A stretch of 63,251 bases of DNA, the filler included, from Octopus bimaculoides (taxonomy: Eukaryota): NCBI RefSeq assembly GCF_001194135.2. It is 6 parts of 5 records of this genome, joined end to end, with 100 filler letters (N's around TTAATTAATTAA, not from the genome) between each part and the next. Parts side by side here need not be neighbours in the genome. Positions count along the whole stretch, not along the records: positions 1 to 27,106 come from NC_068981.1; 5 more parts are not named here. One strand, written 5' to 3'. Positions within the stretch are counted from its first letter, which is position 1; each line of letters opens with the position of its first letter. Position numbers and translations under genes: made by a program. This document shows positions 13,250-27,162 of this stretch, piece after piece. The notes below the pieces were generated by a model. It had not been told where the DNA came from. It ran no database searches and saw only the letters and a program-made list of their open reading frames with translations.

Positions 13250-13520
13250 ATCCCGTTGTTAGGACGGTATTAACACTCAGTGTGACCCTAATGACTAAGA
13301 AGATTTTCCTGTCCCTATATAGGATCATTTTCCGTTTTCTTCCAACTACGTGAAGGTTTATCATGCTCCAGTCGATTCACCTGGCCAAAATGAAGTGTGG
13401 CTGTAATTGAAACGGGCCAGCCTTGTCATATTCTGCGTAAAGCTGAATCTCCCTAAGAAATACGTTAATGGTATGCATGTCTGTGGAGTACTCAGCTACT
13501 TGCGAGTTAATTTTATCGTC
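13250..13520 (+). mobile_element. SINE family C, degenerate copy
   Basis: Body matches 12840-12990. Confidence 0.65.
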
Positions 13521-13963
13521 GTGTGGTAATGAAAAGTGAAAGACATCCAATATTTGCTGTAGTTATTTGCCTTTGATTTAACAATGTGTCTACGTATCTA
13601 TGAATCGACTTTTCTTTCGATCTATGTATCTACTGTCTCTTTCACCTTCTCTCTCATTTCCTCTTCGTCCCTCCTCTCTCCCACTTTTAATTTCATAATG
13701 TGTGTATGTATCTATGCATCTATTTTTCTTTCGATCTATGTATCTGCTTTTCTTTTGATCTATGTATCTACATTCCTTTCGATGTGTGCATCAGTCTGCT
13801 CTGAAAATACTGATAAACATTTTACCTCTCCCTTCAACTGCAGAAAAGTAACAGCAACATCCAAAGCTATTTGCTGAAAGAGAGGCAGACAGAGGGAGAG
13901 AGAGAGAGTGTGTGTTAGAGAGAGAGAGAGGGAGAGAGAGAAAGAGAGGGAGAGAGAGAGAGG

Positions 13964-13997
<34 letters not shown>

Positions 13998-14519
13998 TAG
14001 AGGCAGACTGACATAAATGTCAGACGGATAGATAGATAGGCAACATTTCTTTTTGCAATTTCCATATTTTCAATGCCTTTATCTTATGTCATCGAAAACG
14101 AAATGTTTTCCAGCGTTTTCTGTATGAATTGGTTCCATTCTCTTTCACTATTATTTTCTATTCACTTCCTTCCTTCACTCTATCAAACTCTCTATATCTC
14201 TTTCTTTTCACCCTCCCTCCCCTCTCCCTCCTCTCTGTCTCCTTGCCTCTAACTGTCCTCCTGTGTCTAACGTGTTATATTTCTCTTATCTCTCAGCGCT
14301 ACCAATCCGCTTCTCTCTCACCCCTCTCACTCCTCTCACTTCCTCCTCTTTCCCGCTTTGCCACTCACTTCAATCATACATCCTCTGCTTAACACCCTTT
14401 ATTTCTCTTTTCCTTTGTACCTCACTCTTCACACCTTTTACTTTTTCCTTTGAAGTTAGTGTGGTACAGACCACAAGTACGTACAAAAAATATTAAGCGT
14501 ATTAATATTACTGATGATG

Positions 14520-14562
<43 letters not shown>

Positions 14563-14679
14563 AACAATGATAATAATAATAATGATAATAGCTAATTCCT
14601 AATTTATGCACACTATCAGAGCATGTGCATTTACATTGTTAGCATCTGAACAAGAGCATAATATTTACTTCACTAAATT

Positions 14680-15756
14680 GAAGACAGTTATCCGTAAAAT
14701 TCAGTATCATGACAAAGTCATATTAATGGCCGATCTTAAACCAGAATAGGTTACAAACACCCAATCTGGTCAAAAGTAATAGGAAATCATAGATCAGAAA
14801 ATATGAAAACAAATGGCTTACGGTTATTGTCTCGTTGTCGACAATTTCTTTTAACAGTTACAATCACAAATTTCAACAGGCAAATAACTATATAACCACC
14901 TGAAAGCAACCTCGATCTGGAAGTGGCAAATACTTGACTATGCATAACCAAGGGAAAAGAGTGTAGTGGTATCAGACTAGCCAGAACTCACAAAATTCCC
15001 GAGTGATACTCTATTCACGGAAGGCCCGCAGTATAGTCATTTTAAACTATATACAAAAAAGCCATTAAGATCCAATATTCCACCATGAATATTGGACCTT
15101 CATTAAAAAATCCTGAAACGATACAAAATTTTGAAACACATCTCAATTTGATTCTAAACTTGAAAGACACATTTGTTTAAAAAAGAACCGTAACTTATGC
15201 TGTCTAATAACGGGTCAAATCTCTTAAGTAGCAAAGATGAAATTTTGAAAAGATATTCTGAGTACTTTAAATCCTATAGAAGTGTAATAAGCATGGAGAC
15301 ATACAACTTGTAAGAATGCTGCAAAAATTAATTGATTGATCAGGGAAACTGCATCAGTTTTCCAACAAGTCAGAGATGCATCTGTAATTCATTTGTACAA
15401 AAACAAGGCGAAGTAGAGTGGATGCGGTTATTACAGAAGAATAGTTTTGTCATGTATAGTTGTAAAATTCTTACATCACTAAGCATGTAATAAAAAAGAA
15501 TATATCATGAATCCCAGAATCGATTTCCAGCTCGGAGAAGCACAGATGATATGATCTTTGCTCTTCAGCAAATTCAAGAAAAAGCACGTGTGCAAAATAC
15601 TGATTGGTACTTTGTCTTTGTCGATTTCAACAAGGCGTTTGATACAGTGATTTGTGAGGCGCTATGGAAAATTCTGTCAAAAGCTGGTCTTTCTGATAAA
15701 ATGAGAAGTATCTTTGTACAAAAGAATGATGAAAACAGTGATAAGTAATTGTCAAA
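14680..15756 (+). mobile_element. RTE-clade LINE fragment (APE endonuclease to start of RT), degenerate
   Basis: HDKVILMADL, NGLRLLS, then STDDMIFALQQIQEKARVQNTDWYFVFVDFNKAFDTVICEALWKILSKAG. Confidence 0.85.
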
Positions 15757-15758
15757 TA

Positions 15759-17029
15759 CATGGTGCGTAAGATTTTTGAGGACAGAGTTTTATGTTTATT
15801 AAAAAAATAGATATATAATAACATAACTTTATTTATCAAAAAATGCTATAAGGATAAAAATAAACCTTCTTTTCTATAATGTTATTCAACAAAGCCACAT
15901 TCAGCTTCAACAGCTGTTTCTATATCAGATCTAAATCATTTACATGCTCGAATCATGTGGTCCTGGATCATTTTGGACATTACTCTGACTATAGAAGCTT
16001 TCATAGAATCTTTGGTGTTATGGGCGTGTTTATTGACCTCTCATTCAACAATGCTCCACACGTGATAGTCCAATGGATTGAAATCTAGGGAATTAGGAGG
16101 CCAAATGTTAGGGGTTATGTGATCATGAAACTTTTCAGCCATCCATTCCTAGGTTATTAGAACCATGTGTGAGAGTGCAGAGTCTTACTGAAACACATAT
16201 GGCCTTCCATTGCATACACTCTCTATCCAGTGCTTAACGATTATTTCTAGGGCCTTAATGTAGGCGGCAGAGTTAACTGTGAGGCCTTGTAGAAAGAAGT
16301 AAGGAGGCATCACATGCCTTTCATTGCTGATAACCCCTAGAACCATGTCAGTTGCAGGAAATTTTGTATGCATAATAATTGGAACTTCAGAAGGGTCTGC
16401 ACATTACCATCTGTGATTTTTTTCTGTTAACTTTTTGATCTTGGTCGAAGTATGTTTCGTTTGTGAAAAACCAAATTAAATCTTCAGCTGGATTTTTCAG
16501 TTGGTTTAAGAGCCTTTTAGATCTGATGTAGTGATTTTCTTTTGCTTTTTCTGATAAACTGACCTTTCATCATTCTATAAGACTTATATCTGATGTTATC
16601 TTATGTCTTCGTGGACAACATTTCTGACTGTTCCTTCTGGCACATGGAGATCTTTTGCAATTGACCTCATGGACTTTCTGGGATTGTAATCAATGGTCTG
16701 TTGAACTTGTTGGATACATTCAGGTATTCTGATGATCTCAGAGCGTTTAGAATGCTTTTTATGCTTTGATACTGGTGATATGTGTCCCTCTTCATTCTCT
16801 AGCTCCTTACAAACCTTATAGACAAAAGATCTGGCAACTTTTAAAACAGGAGGTATTTCTAAATCACTATGCTCAGTCTTTATAACCACAATAACAGCTT
16901 GCCTCTTCATTTCTTGAGTAAGCTGAGGGTCTGGCATTATTATTTTCTGAAACAAAGATTATACAAAATTAACAAAAGATGCAGCAATGACCCCAAAAAC
17001 GTATGTCCTCAAATACCTTATGCACCCCG
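15759..17029 (-). mobile_element. Tc1/mariner superfamily, maT (DD37D-like) transposon with terminal inverted repeats; transposase disrupted
   Basis: HTH region KVARSFVYKV..NPRKSMRSIAKDLHV and catalytic region MVLGVISNE..VNSAAYIKAL..GRPYVFQ..WPPNSLDFNPLDY. Imperfect TIRs of about 26 bp (CATGGTGCGTAAGATTTTTGAGGACA / TGTCCTCAAATACCTTATGCACCCCG), each flanked by TA. Confidence 0.9.
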
Positions 17030-17761
17030 TATACTACCCACAACCCTAGAAACAATGGGGCATATAATAAATTTACCTATTTTCTGTTGTGACCCTAAGA
17101 TAAATTAAATCCTCCGCACACAGTCATTAAAAATGTTTAAAAAAAACAGGTAAGATCACCGATAAGTGTAAGATTATACCCCCACCCCAAAAAAACATGG
17201 AATCTCCAAATGAGCTTCAACACTTGCTTTATTTACCACGTAATAAAATAACATCTGTAGAACTACAGTTAAATAAAGAGACTACATCTATTGAAAAATA
17301 TCAACTGTAATTTAACATGAGCATATAAGCAATTTTGGACTACATAAATATTTTAGTTTATAAATGGATATCTTTTTAATCTGCATATAATCCATTTACT
17401 TCCTACCACCTCCAAACAGATGCAATTACTTCCCTCTGTTTCTAATAACCAGTACTGATTACCTCTCCTAAAATGTATTTACCTTCCGATTCATTTACAA
17501 AATATCCATTCTACTAACAGGAAAGAAATCATATAACAGCATGAAATTAATAACATTGTCACTAATACTTAGTCATGATTAACATATGCAAGTATACATT
17601 TGCAGACACATGTATACAACTCTTTCCCTCCCTCCCTCCCTCTTTTTCTCCTACACACATCCACACAGACAGACACATATATGTCTGATATACTGAAGGT
17701 CATATTCTTTTACATGTTTCAGTCATTTGACTGTGGCCATATTATTTATTAATGTAGTTAT

Positions 17762-17979
17762 ATTTGAAAATACACAAAAACCTTCAGATCCACTTCAACA
17801 TTTAAATATAATTTGTCGAAATATTTTCGTCGCTTTGAAACCGCGACCTGTTCACTGAAAAAATTCCGTGCAGTACGGAATTTTGTCGGTGAACAGGTCG
17901 CGGTTTCAAAGCGGCGAAGATATTTTGACAAATCAAATTTAAATGTTGAAGTGAATCTAACGATTTTTGTGTTTTTAAA
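17762..17979. repeat. Near-perfect foldback (arms about 105 bp, 5-nt loop), MITE-like
   Basis: ..CGCTTTGAAACCGCGACCTGTTCAC..AATTCCGT-gcagt-ACGGAATT..GTGAACAGGTCGCGGTTTCAAAGCG.. Confidence 0.9.
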
Positions 17980-18514
17980 TGGCTTATAAACACCTTCAAC
18001 GCTGGAATTGTTTTTGTTTCAGCACACGATCTCACATCAAATCATTTGCTATGCAAGTACATCTCCGTAATGTAGTTATATTGTTATTTCAATATTATTT
18101 TCAAAATAAATTTCAGATTTGCTTTTCATTGAGCCGTTTTCAAAATATCTCTGTCATACGCCTGAATGAACATAGGGAGTAATGCATTAAAAAAAGTTCG
18201 TACATATTCTTAGAGTGTCTGATATTGGATTGTTCAGTTTCCCAGCTTGAGTAGATATATGACCGGCGCTAGACTAGTAAAAGGAAAAGCGATAAAACCG
18301 CTTGCAACTGAATGGACTCAGTTAAAGGTATCCAACAGCTAAATAACGACGTTAAGTCAACCATGCCCCAAAACACAATGCTCCTCGAGCAAATTTATAT
18401 CTGACATTGGACTCATAGATTTGATGGAAGTTAGTGACCCAAAATTCTGCACAGTGATATCGAACCCCAAACCAAATAGCTGGGAAGTGACATTTGTTCT
18501 TAAAGAGAACTACT

Positions 18515-20160
18515 ATTTATCATATTTGTTGCTGCAATTCTCTCTTCTTGAAGAAGCATTTTACTTTTCTAAACCTAAATAATCTATAAAACTGACACTT
18601 GCGTCAAATTATGATAATATTTCGATTTTAAGTTTTGATGGTGACAAATCTACTAGAAAACTTGTATTTAATGAACAATTTGATCGCTAATCCTTCGGCG
18701 AGTTACGACAAGTTATAAACTTCCACCGACAACCTACAGCTGGAAGAAAGTGAAACGTGTTCTAAATTGTCTTCCAACGCTCGCTGATACAAACTGCAAA
18801 ATGATATTCACCATCAAGATATATTGTTTGTTCTTATTTGCATAAAAGCTTCTACGTTACTTTTGTAATGTTCCATACCGTGAATACACTTACACAGTAA
18901 ATGTATATAACCCACATAGAATTTACGGGTGTTAATTATGAACAATGTAATGTAAAGTATCAATATCGTGTCAGGAATCGATATCAAATAACGATGTAAT
19001 AAACTTACTCATTGAATGAAAGTGTCAATAAGACCTTCGAATTTTTAAAGAAAATGATATTGTTTAGAGATAAATTTTTACAATGAAGCTAGAATCTCCA
19101 AGTGAAACAAGTACGAAGCAAGTTAATCTATAAAACACATGCTTCTACCTGTTTTCCTCCACTGGTGATCAAGACTTTGACTTCAGCTATGAGGTCAATT
19201 CGGGTTTTATATATCGGTGTATGTTGATAAGAAACATTGTGGCATGAAAATATCGATCATATGCAAGCACATCTAGTCTGTGGCTTCATTTAATGTACTG
19301 ACTGACTTCCTTTGTAGAGTCTTGTTTGCATTGCCTGAATGCAGCCTCGGAACAGGAATTGATGTCTTTTCTGATGACGATACATGCAAGGAGCCTGTTC
19401 AGGGAAAGGCATAGAAATTGTTCGACAAACACTTCTGACTACTTCCGGAGGTAAAGCAAGGGGAAAAACCTGCTCTTGGAATGTGACCTTCAAACAGCAA
19501 TCTTCTTCTACCAGATTTGACCGCAGTCTTCAGCAGCTCCGTATTGCCGTCTCAAATGTGCCCTGTTCATCAGTTGTTTGATGGATTCCGACATGCAGAT
19601 GCAGTCAGAATTCCTGCTATGTCCATTCCTTGCTGACCACAATGTCAAAGTTGCAGCTGTTCATTCCATGTCATATAGCCTTTACAGTATTCACAGATCA
19701 TGGAACATGATATCGCTACTTTGATACCCGACGTGAATCATCACAATACAGGTAACCCCTTCCTAATATTCAAACGTCTTGGAAGTAGGAATTTAAGAAA
19801 GAAGGGAAAATGATGGTTACGTTTACGTGTATTTCTTGTTTTGCAAACCTATCTAGAAAAGATTTTAAATGAATAATAAAGACATAAAACAAAATATCAC
19901 GCGAAGAAGGTTTTGCTACGAACGAACTGTTGTTATATTTAATTAGGCAAATTATGCAAAGCAAATCCATGGTAGTAAAGGTGCCCGACAAAACAATTAT
20001 TACAAGTGCCTCTTTATAGAAGAGAATGTTTAATTATGGCGATGGCCTCGAAAGCAGAATAATAGAAACCAACTCATTATTCGTCTTTGCCTTTCTAAAC
20101 AACGTTGGATGCATTGTGAATGTAAGTATGGTAAAAAGTGAAAACTTGATTGCAGTAAAC
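18515..20160. other. Diverged duplicated segment, copy 2
   Basis: Colinear with 1090-2540 in the same orientation. Confidence 0.75.
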
Positions 20161-21421
20161 ACATATTTTTAACTAGTGGGTCATGAGAGTATACAAGATT
20201 GCTTCTCCGTAAAATGCCCAGGAGTATATAATTTGAGATTAGTGATGGAAAGCAGAAAGCTTCAATATTTTAAGTGAATGGAAGGAAATTTACAGACTCC
20301 TCCCCACAAAAAGAAACAATATTATCAAGAGATTCCCTGTCATTTTAAAATGATGAAATATGTAACCATTTTTTAAATAGTTAAACCAATATTGAATATG
20401 ATATGCAAGCACAATTCACATACAGAAAAATAAACTTTGTAAATATGACATTTAACAATCTAAAGATTTTGCAGTGCAGCCTCAATAGCATTTTACTTTA
20501 AAGCTAGTAAAAGAAACACACAATACAGTAACTCATGCGTTACAAAATCTGTTCAAATCAAGCTAGAAAGATCATTTCCAAACAAAGATTGTTTAATCAC
20601 ATATATAAAAACGTGCATTTAATATACGGCTGTCAAAGCAACATTGGTAAAGTCACAGGAAACAACTGTAGGAATTCAGATTATAAAGATAAAACTCACA
20701 AGAAGTGCACATATATACATATAAACACACATACATACACACATACATACTCATGTATAGAAATACACATGTATACACACATGCACACGCCTACAACCTA
20801 CAAGTTATCTTGTTAAACTTCTCGCAAGATTAAACTCTTCAAATACACTTTGCTCAACAATCTCGCAAAAACTGTCGTAAGAGGAGAATTCAATGCAATT
20901 AACGTCTACTGGTTTGCAAATAGTAGAGATAAGAATGGAAGTAACTGAACAGTATCACAACTAAAATCTATTTACATCTTAGGTAATACACATCAACACA
21001 TATATGCATATATAAGCACGCACATGCACGTACACACACACACACACGCTCACACACACCATACACACATTTACATCTCCCTTTCTCAACAAAATGAACT
21101 ACAATAATATTACGAACGAGTGATATTCCTTCACAGATACATCTGTCTAACTTCTCTTTCTCTCTTTTTCTCTCTCCCTCTATGATTTCTATGTTACACC
21201 TATCTAGCCTCTCTCTCTCTCTCCATCTCTCTCTTTTTATCTCTCTCTCTCTGATGACAATGCGCTCGGCCTATAGAGTTCTCGCTAAGTACGATATCCC
21301 AATGGCTTGGATATTCTAGAAACAACTGTTAGAGACAATGTATACCCTTTTTATTATATATTTAAGTTAGATATCCTAGTCAAGTCCTGCCAAATGGTTT
21401 GCCTTTTCATTTCTATTTTAA

Positions 21422-21478
<57 letters not shown>

Positions 21479-21497
21479 GTCCGTCTCTTTGTATGCG

Positions 21498-21531
<34 letters not shown>

Positions 21532-21719
21532 AGGTAAATTCTGTATAATGCTTTAGAACTGGAAACTCCTTGTATCTTACTCTCTGTTTTACATTGCTGA
21601 TTATTTAAACAAAGTACAAAAGAAAGCAGCGTGACAGTAGGGAAGCAGGATATTATTACTCAGAAATCTCGAAGGATTATCATACTACAAAGTGTTTGGG
21701 GAGTTTTTGCTTATATATT

Positions 21720-22078
21720 GAGGAGGGATCTAGCTGATTATATCGAGCCCAGTACTCAAATGTTACTCATTTTATCGAACTCGAAACGATGAAAGGCTTA
21801 GTCGACCCCGGTGGAATTTGAACTTAGAACGTAAAGACGGACGAAATACTACAAAATATTTCGTCTGGCATGCTAACGATTCAGCCAGCTCACTGCCCTA
21901 ATAATAATGATTTCAAATTTTGTCACAAGGTCAGTAATTTTGGGGAAGGGGGAAAGCCGATTACAAGAAAAGAATGAAAGGCAAAGTCGACCTCGGCAAA
22001 ATTTGAACTCAGAACGTAAAAACAGATAAAGTGCCACTCAGCACTTTGCCGGCGTGCTAACGATTCTGCCAGCTCAAA
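21720..22078 (-). mobile_element. Two head-to-tail family B SINE copies separated by (AAT)n
   Basis: Two GTCGACC..GAATTTGAACT.AGAACGTAAA motifs. Confidence 0.85.
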
Positions 22079-22149
22079 TATTGGGAAATCCCTACAGTAT
22101 CAGAATTACAAAAATAACAAATATTAAAAACATCTATGTCCAGTAAGAC

Positions 22150-22402
22150 TAGTCCACTTCATCGCAGGGAAAGTTCACCGTCATTAATTCACCATTTCTC
22201 TTTTTGTTTTTATTCTTTGGTTTTTTTTTGTTCTCTTTTCAATAAAATAATTTTTATTTATTAATTGTGAGATACTTTGGATATAATTTCTCGGTAAACT
22301 TTCCTCGCGGTGGAATTGATGGCGGTGAACTTTCTCTGCGGTGAATTGATGGCAGTGAACATTCCTGGCGATGAACTGATGGCTGTGAACTTATCTGTAA
22401 TC
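22150..22402. repeat. Asymmetric foldback: one inverted unit facing about 3.5 direct units of roughly 29 bp
   Basis: CATCGCAGGGAAAGTTCACCGTCATTAATTCACC is the reverse complement of the tandem unit GGTGAATTGATGGCGGTGAACTTTC..GC. Confidence 0.7.
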
Positions 22403-23247
22403 AAAAAAATTCTATATCAGGGAACCTAAAAGTATCAGATCTACTACAAAATGTTCTCGTGGTGACTATCCTCATTCTAAGAAAAACATAGTCGATTTGA
22501 AAATACCTGATTCTCGAAAAAAGCACTTTCAAAACTGAAACATTACAAATATAACAGAAACTTTGCTCTCAGATATTGTTCTTCCTCCCTACAACATATC
22601 ATTGCTAATCCTAAATGACACACGTCCAACTTGCTATTACATGATGTGTCTGAATGAGAGTCGGAATAGTTGGGATAAAATATAGCAACAATAACGTAAA
22701 TATTACTAATAACCCTTCCTACAACAGACACTAATCCTGAAACGTTTGTGGGTGGGGTTTCTCAATACTCAACTGGTAATTACCTGAATTGGTAATTACC
22801 TGAACTGCTAATTACCCGCACTGATAATTATTTTATCAACTCTGAAAGGGTGAAAGCAAAATCAACATCGACACCATTTGAAGTCAGAACGTAGTGAGCT
22901 GGAAGAAATTGCTAAGCATATATTTGATTATAATCGATAATAACGAGCTGAAATAGGAAATCAATTAAAACGAGTTAATTATGGAATCAATAGCATGTGA
23001 AAAATAAAGACTGTAAGTATCACACCAGTAATCGTACGTGCATTAGAGACAGCAAAAGAAAACAATAGCAAAATATATAGAAAAATCGAAGCAGATTATG
23101 AGATAGAGCTATTGCAAACAGTGGGCTTATTGCGAACAGTTAAAATATTATGAGGGGACTAGATTGACGAAAAGGAAGAGAAAATGCAAGGAGGAGGTTC
23201 CTTGATAAACAAGGCTATCGAAGAAGGAAAGTGATAAAGTTAGGCTT

Positions 23248-23333
<86 letters not shown>

Positions 23334-23669
23334 GAATAGTGCAATGAATTAAAATATCCCGACGTTGCTTTTCTGTTTCGTTGAATCCTACCGTCACTTC
23401 TTGGACTAATGCTTTCATATACAGTAATTTAAAATCAGGGTTAAAACATTTTTTTCTCCTCTTCCTCATTAACGCTAGACGTTTGTTTTTCTGTAGTAAG
23501 TTGACTGTAAGTCATTATATACACTTTTTAATTCTTCCTTTCTCTGATCAACTCTAGGACACTCGGTATATTTCTATTTTGTTTCCTTTCACACATCAAG
23601 GTTGAAAACATGCCAGTGATGCGTCCACCCAGTCTCGCCCCCACCATCTATACCAGAAGCCTTGACAAA

Positions 23670-24540
23670 TACAACGGACAGGATAACAGTCGTGAGAGTG
23701 ATAGAAATGATACTAATATGGATGGAAATTTGTGTCAAAATTTCGTCCTATAACCTGTTTACTACTTATATGGAAACTTATAGCGGGTGTCTCGGCAGAA
23801 AAGTTGTGTCATCCTTTGGAAATAACAATTTACTTCCAATGAAAGAGAATAGGTGCAGGAGGCAATGTAAGGTAACTAAAGACCAGTTGTGAGTTGGTAA
23901 AATGGTAATTAGAAATTGCAAACGCAGATTGACTGGATTAAATGTAGCATGGGTAGATTATAAATACATATGACATGATACTGCACAGTTGGATAAGTAT
24001 GAAGGAAAACTTGGGAAGGCAAGCATGTGGAATATTACATGTTGATAACTTATCTCCATTAATATTTGTATTAGAAATGGTACCGCTGAATTTGATATTA
24101 CGAAAGGTCAAAATAACGTATGATTTGCGAAAAAGTATAGTTAGATAAATCATCTCCTGTTAATGAATATTATAAAGCTTTATGCGAAAAATGAGAAGCA
24201 GCAAGAAAGTCTTGTATACATTGTTTGCATTTTCTCAAACGTTCTAGAAATGAATTTCGGGATTGGAAAGTACACCATACTGATAATGAAACGGGAAAGT
24301 CTTGAAAGAAGCAATGGAATTGAAATGCCAAATGAGCAGACAATGATGTCATTTGAGGAAGGGCAGTAGGATAAGTATTTGGGAAGAAGATAATATGAGA
24401 CACGAAAACATGAAGAAAAATTACAATAAAGATGTATACAAGGAGACGGAGGAAAATATTATAGTCAAAGTTGAATTACAGAAATTATATTGAAGTTCTA
24501 GAAACTTAGCATACAGATAAATAAAGAAGACACTCTTAAC
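23670..24540 (+). mobile_element. R4/Dong-type LINE reverse transcriptase fragment, degenerate
   Basis: FRPITCLLLIWKLIAG, CRRQCKVTKDQL, AWVDYK and IKLYAKNEKQQESL..NFGIGKYTIL..DKYLG. Confidence 0.85.
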
Positions 24541-24559
24541 TGACCGATATTATGATACT

Positions 24560-25600
24560 GGAAAATTCCGACAGGTAGCTATATAATTCGATTACCGTTC
24601 AAATGTCGCTGTACATTGCAGTGCTCCTACTTCTGAACAAGAGACTGAAGATAGCTGTTTTTACTACAGCAACCACGTTTTGATGGTCGTCTCTATCGAA
24701 AACTTTCGATTGAACTAGACTCTGCGAATGCCAGTTTCTTTACCTACACTTTCTATGGCGTATCGCTTGAGATGTGGGTTGTTGTGAATAGATCTGTCTG
24801 ACATGACATCCATCAGAGGAACGGACTAGCGCCAGCCTTTCTGCGGGCCGTCGAGGTGGCGGTGAAGCCCACCCCCGTGTCCACTGCTCGTCAATCTTAA
24901 ACCGGTGAGCAAAGTACCACTTGGAAAAACGTACTCATCGCCTTGGAATCGCGTGGAATGCGACCAGTGAAATTGTGCTTTTGTTGCTGCGTTGCACTTC
25001 TCCAACCAGAAACCTGATGAAAGGCTTCCCTCATATATTAGAGCTCGAGCCCTAGCTTTGATAATACAACCTTCATGCTTAGCGTTGAAAAGTTAAGTTC
25101 TAATCTCGTTATAGCAGCTCAGTTGCAATGCCTTTTCTAAGAGATTTTTCAAAATCACTAATTAGTTCATCCTGTACTCCAGAATTCTCTATCAATAAGT
25201 CCTTTCTAAACCTTATTGATTCTAATCTAATAACAATTTCCTGGGCTAAACGCCACTGATTGTTGACATTTTCACTCCGTGAACTTTCTCTAAGAAGGTT
25301 TTCAAATTCGTTCTCCATAAACTTGAATCACTGGGAAAGACGAGTCCAGTAGCCGGGTCGCTGCTTATGCTGCTTGTGTAATTCGAACACGCAGATCACA
25401 AATCTATGATCTATATGAATTGTGAACAGCCTATGCTTCTCCTATCCACTGGCCTACACTCCTCTCTCATATTCTTTCATCCAATGTAGACATGCATCCA
25501 AGATGGCGTTCCAATCGCCTCTATGTTCTAAAGCGGAGAACGTTCCAAGAAACACCTCCAACGCCAAAAGATGTGTATTGTTCCTATTTCGTTGATATAT
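24560..25600 (-). mobile_element. Tx1/L1-clade LINE fragment (APE endonuclease and linker), nested antisense in the Dong element
   Basis: Minus-strand GDWNAILD, DHRFV, PGYW, then EGCIIKARARAL..EG..FWLEK. Confidence 0.7.
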
Positions 25601-25658
25601 TTTCTTTCTGCTAGTGAAGGGGTTGTTGTAATGGTGTGTTTGTAGTAGATTAAGTGTA

Positions 25659-25725
25659 TTAGGTTCGATGTAAAGTTAGGTTCGATGTAAAGTTAGGTTC
25701 GATGTAAAGTTAGGTTCGATGTAAA
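25659..25725. repeat. 17-bp tandem repeat TTAGGTTCGATGTAAAG x4
   Basis: Four essentially identical units seen directly. Confidence 0.95.
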
Positions 25726-26720
25726 CAGCCTTTGAACGTCGCATTGTATCATTCAGGCAACACCTGCTGAAGAAAGAAATTAGTATACTCCATACATACT
25801 AAAAAGTGAGAGTAACAAAATCTTCAGAATTAGAGAAGAACTACTGTGCAGGTACTCTGAGAATACAACAGTCACCTGCGACCGAGAGGAGACTGGACTA
25901 CCAAAACAGAAGCTCGGACGAGAAGCAGGCATCATACCAACAAAAATCAGTGCATCGGTAGAGGGCAACAGCAGCATTGACAAGAAAAGTAGCCTCACCT
26001 GAATTTGTGATAGATACATTACATCCCGCCAAGAAGGATATGTCTTCGCTATAATGAAAACACAGGAGATAGCTACGAAATCCTTGATAAACAAGAGAGA
26101 AACAATGACATTACCAAACTACGTTGTGATAGAAAATTTCTGCTCTTCTATACCAGTGTCGACGATATCCCCCATACTAACTGCAGTTACCCTCAAATGT
26201 CAATGAGATACTACCTGCCCCTGTGGCATGACACAGTTGCAAAGGTTATTTACAATGCTATCCGCAGGAAGGACTTCCCTGACATATGTATCAAAGTCAT
26301 GGCAGAACCATCAGGTTTAAAAACGAAGAATAATGGTGGAACTCTCCAATATAAACATCAATTTGGTGCAAACATAACAGATCTAATATTATTTTAAGGG
26401 GTAGGGAACAAAATCATGCACTGTTGTAGAGATCAGCTGCCCTGCGGATGTAAATGTACAATCAAATGTTCAGTAAGAGAAAACATTTATGATGAATTAA
26501 TGGGGAACTTAAGGACTTGTATCCTGACTATAAATTGTCGTTTTGTACCCACTATCATAGATTCATTAGTCATGTACCAATAAATTTACCCGAATACCTA
26601 GAAATATTAGGTTTTCACGAAGAAAGATAAAAATAAACATGCGGATTCTCCAAATGCAATCTATTAGCGGCACGTTGAAAATTTGTAAGACATTCCAAAA
26701 ATTCTTCATTTGAGATTTTT
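25726..26720 (+). mobile_element. R4/Dong-type LINE C-terminal part (RLE), degenerate
   Basis: QEIATKSLINKR, YYLPLWHDTVAKVIYNAI, ISCPADVNV and QMQSISGTLKICKTF. Confidence 0.85.
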
Positions 26721-26907
26721 AGATGAAAACATGCACATACTTGGGTGAATAGATGCCTAATTGACATACAAATTCAACACATTTCCAAACACCAGGAACT
26801 CTCTTAACTCGAAATGACTTGTATTTCTCTCAAGACCTTCATGAAAGTCAGTACCTACACACGAAAGAACACACACACATACACAAACACACACCCACAC
26901 ACACACA

Positions 26908-26963
<56 letters not shown>

Positions 26964-27150
26964 TATAGGGCAGGGAATTGCCAATTAGTAATAAAATTAA
27001 TAATTAACAATTTTGCCAAGTAGTTCAGTATGAAAAAAACCTTTATCGGTAAAACCATTTATAATCATAAATATATAGGGCTTAGCATGAGATGCTTCAC
27101 CAACATNNNNNNNNNNNNNNNNNNNNNNNNNNNNNNNNNNNNNNNNNNNN

Positions 27151-27162
27151 TTAATTAATTAA
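27151..27162. other. Synthetic scaffolding linker TTAATTAATTAA inside an N gap (also 43728, 54841, 56752, 59839)
   Basis: Identical six-frame-stop 12-mer centred in 100-nt N blocks five times. Confidence 0.95.

Noticed and set aside
25659-25725. CRISPR-like or telomeric array
   Set aside because: There are no spacers, the context is eukaryotic, and the unit is a 17-mer rather than a telomere repeat.
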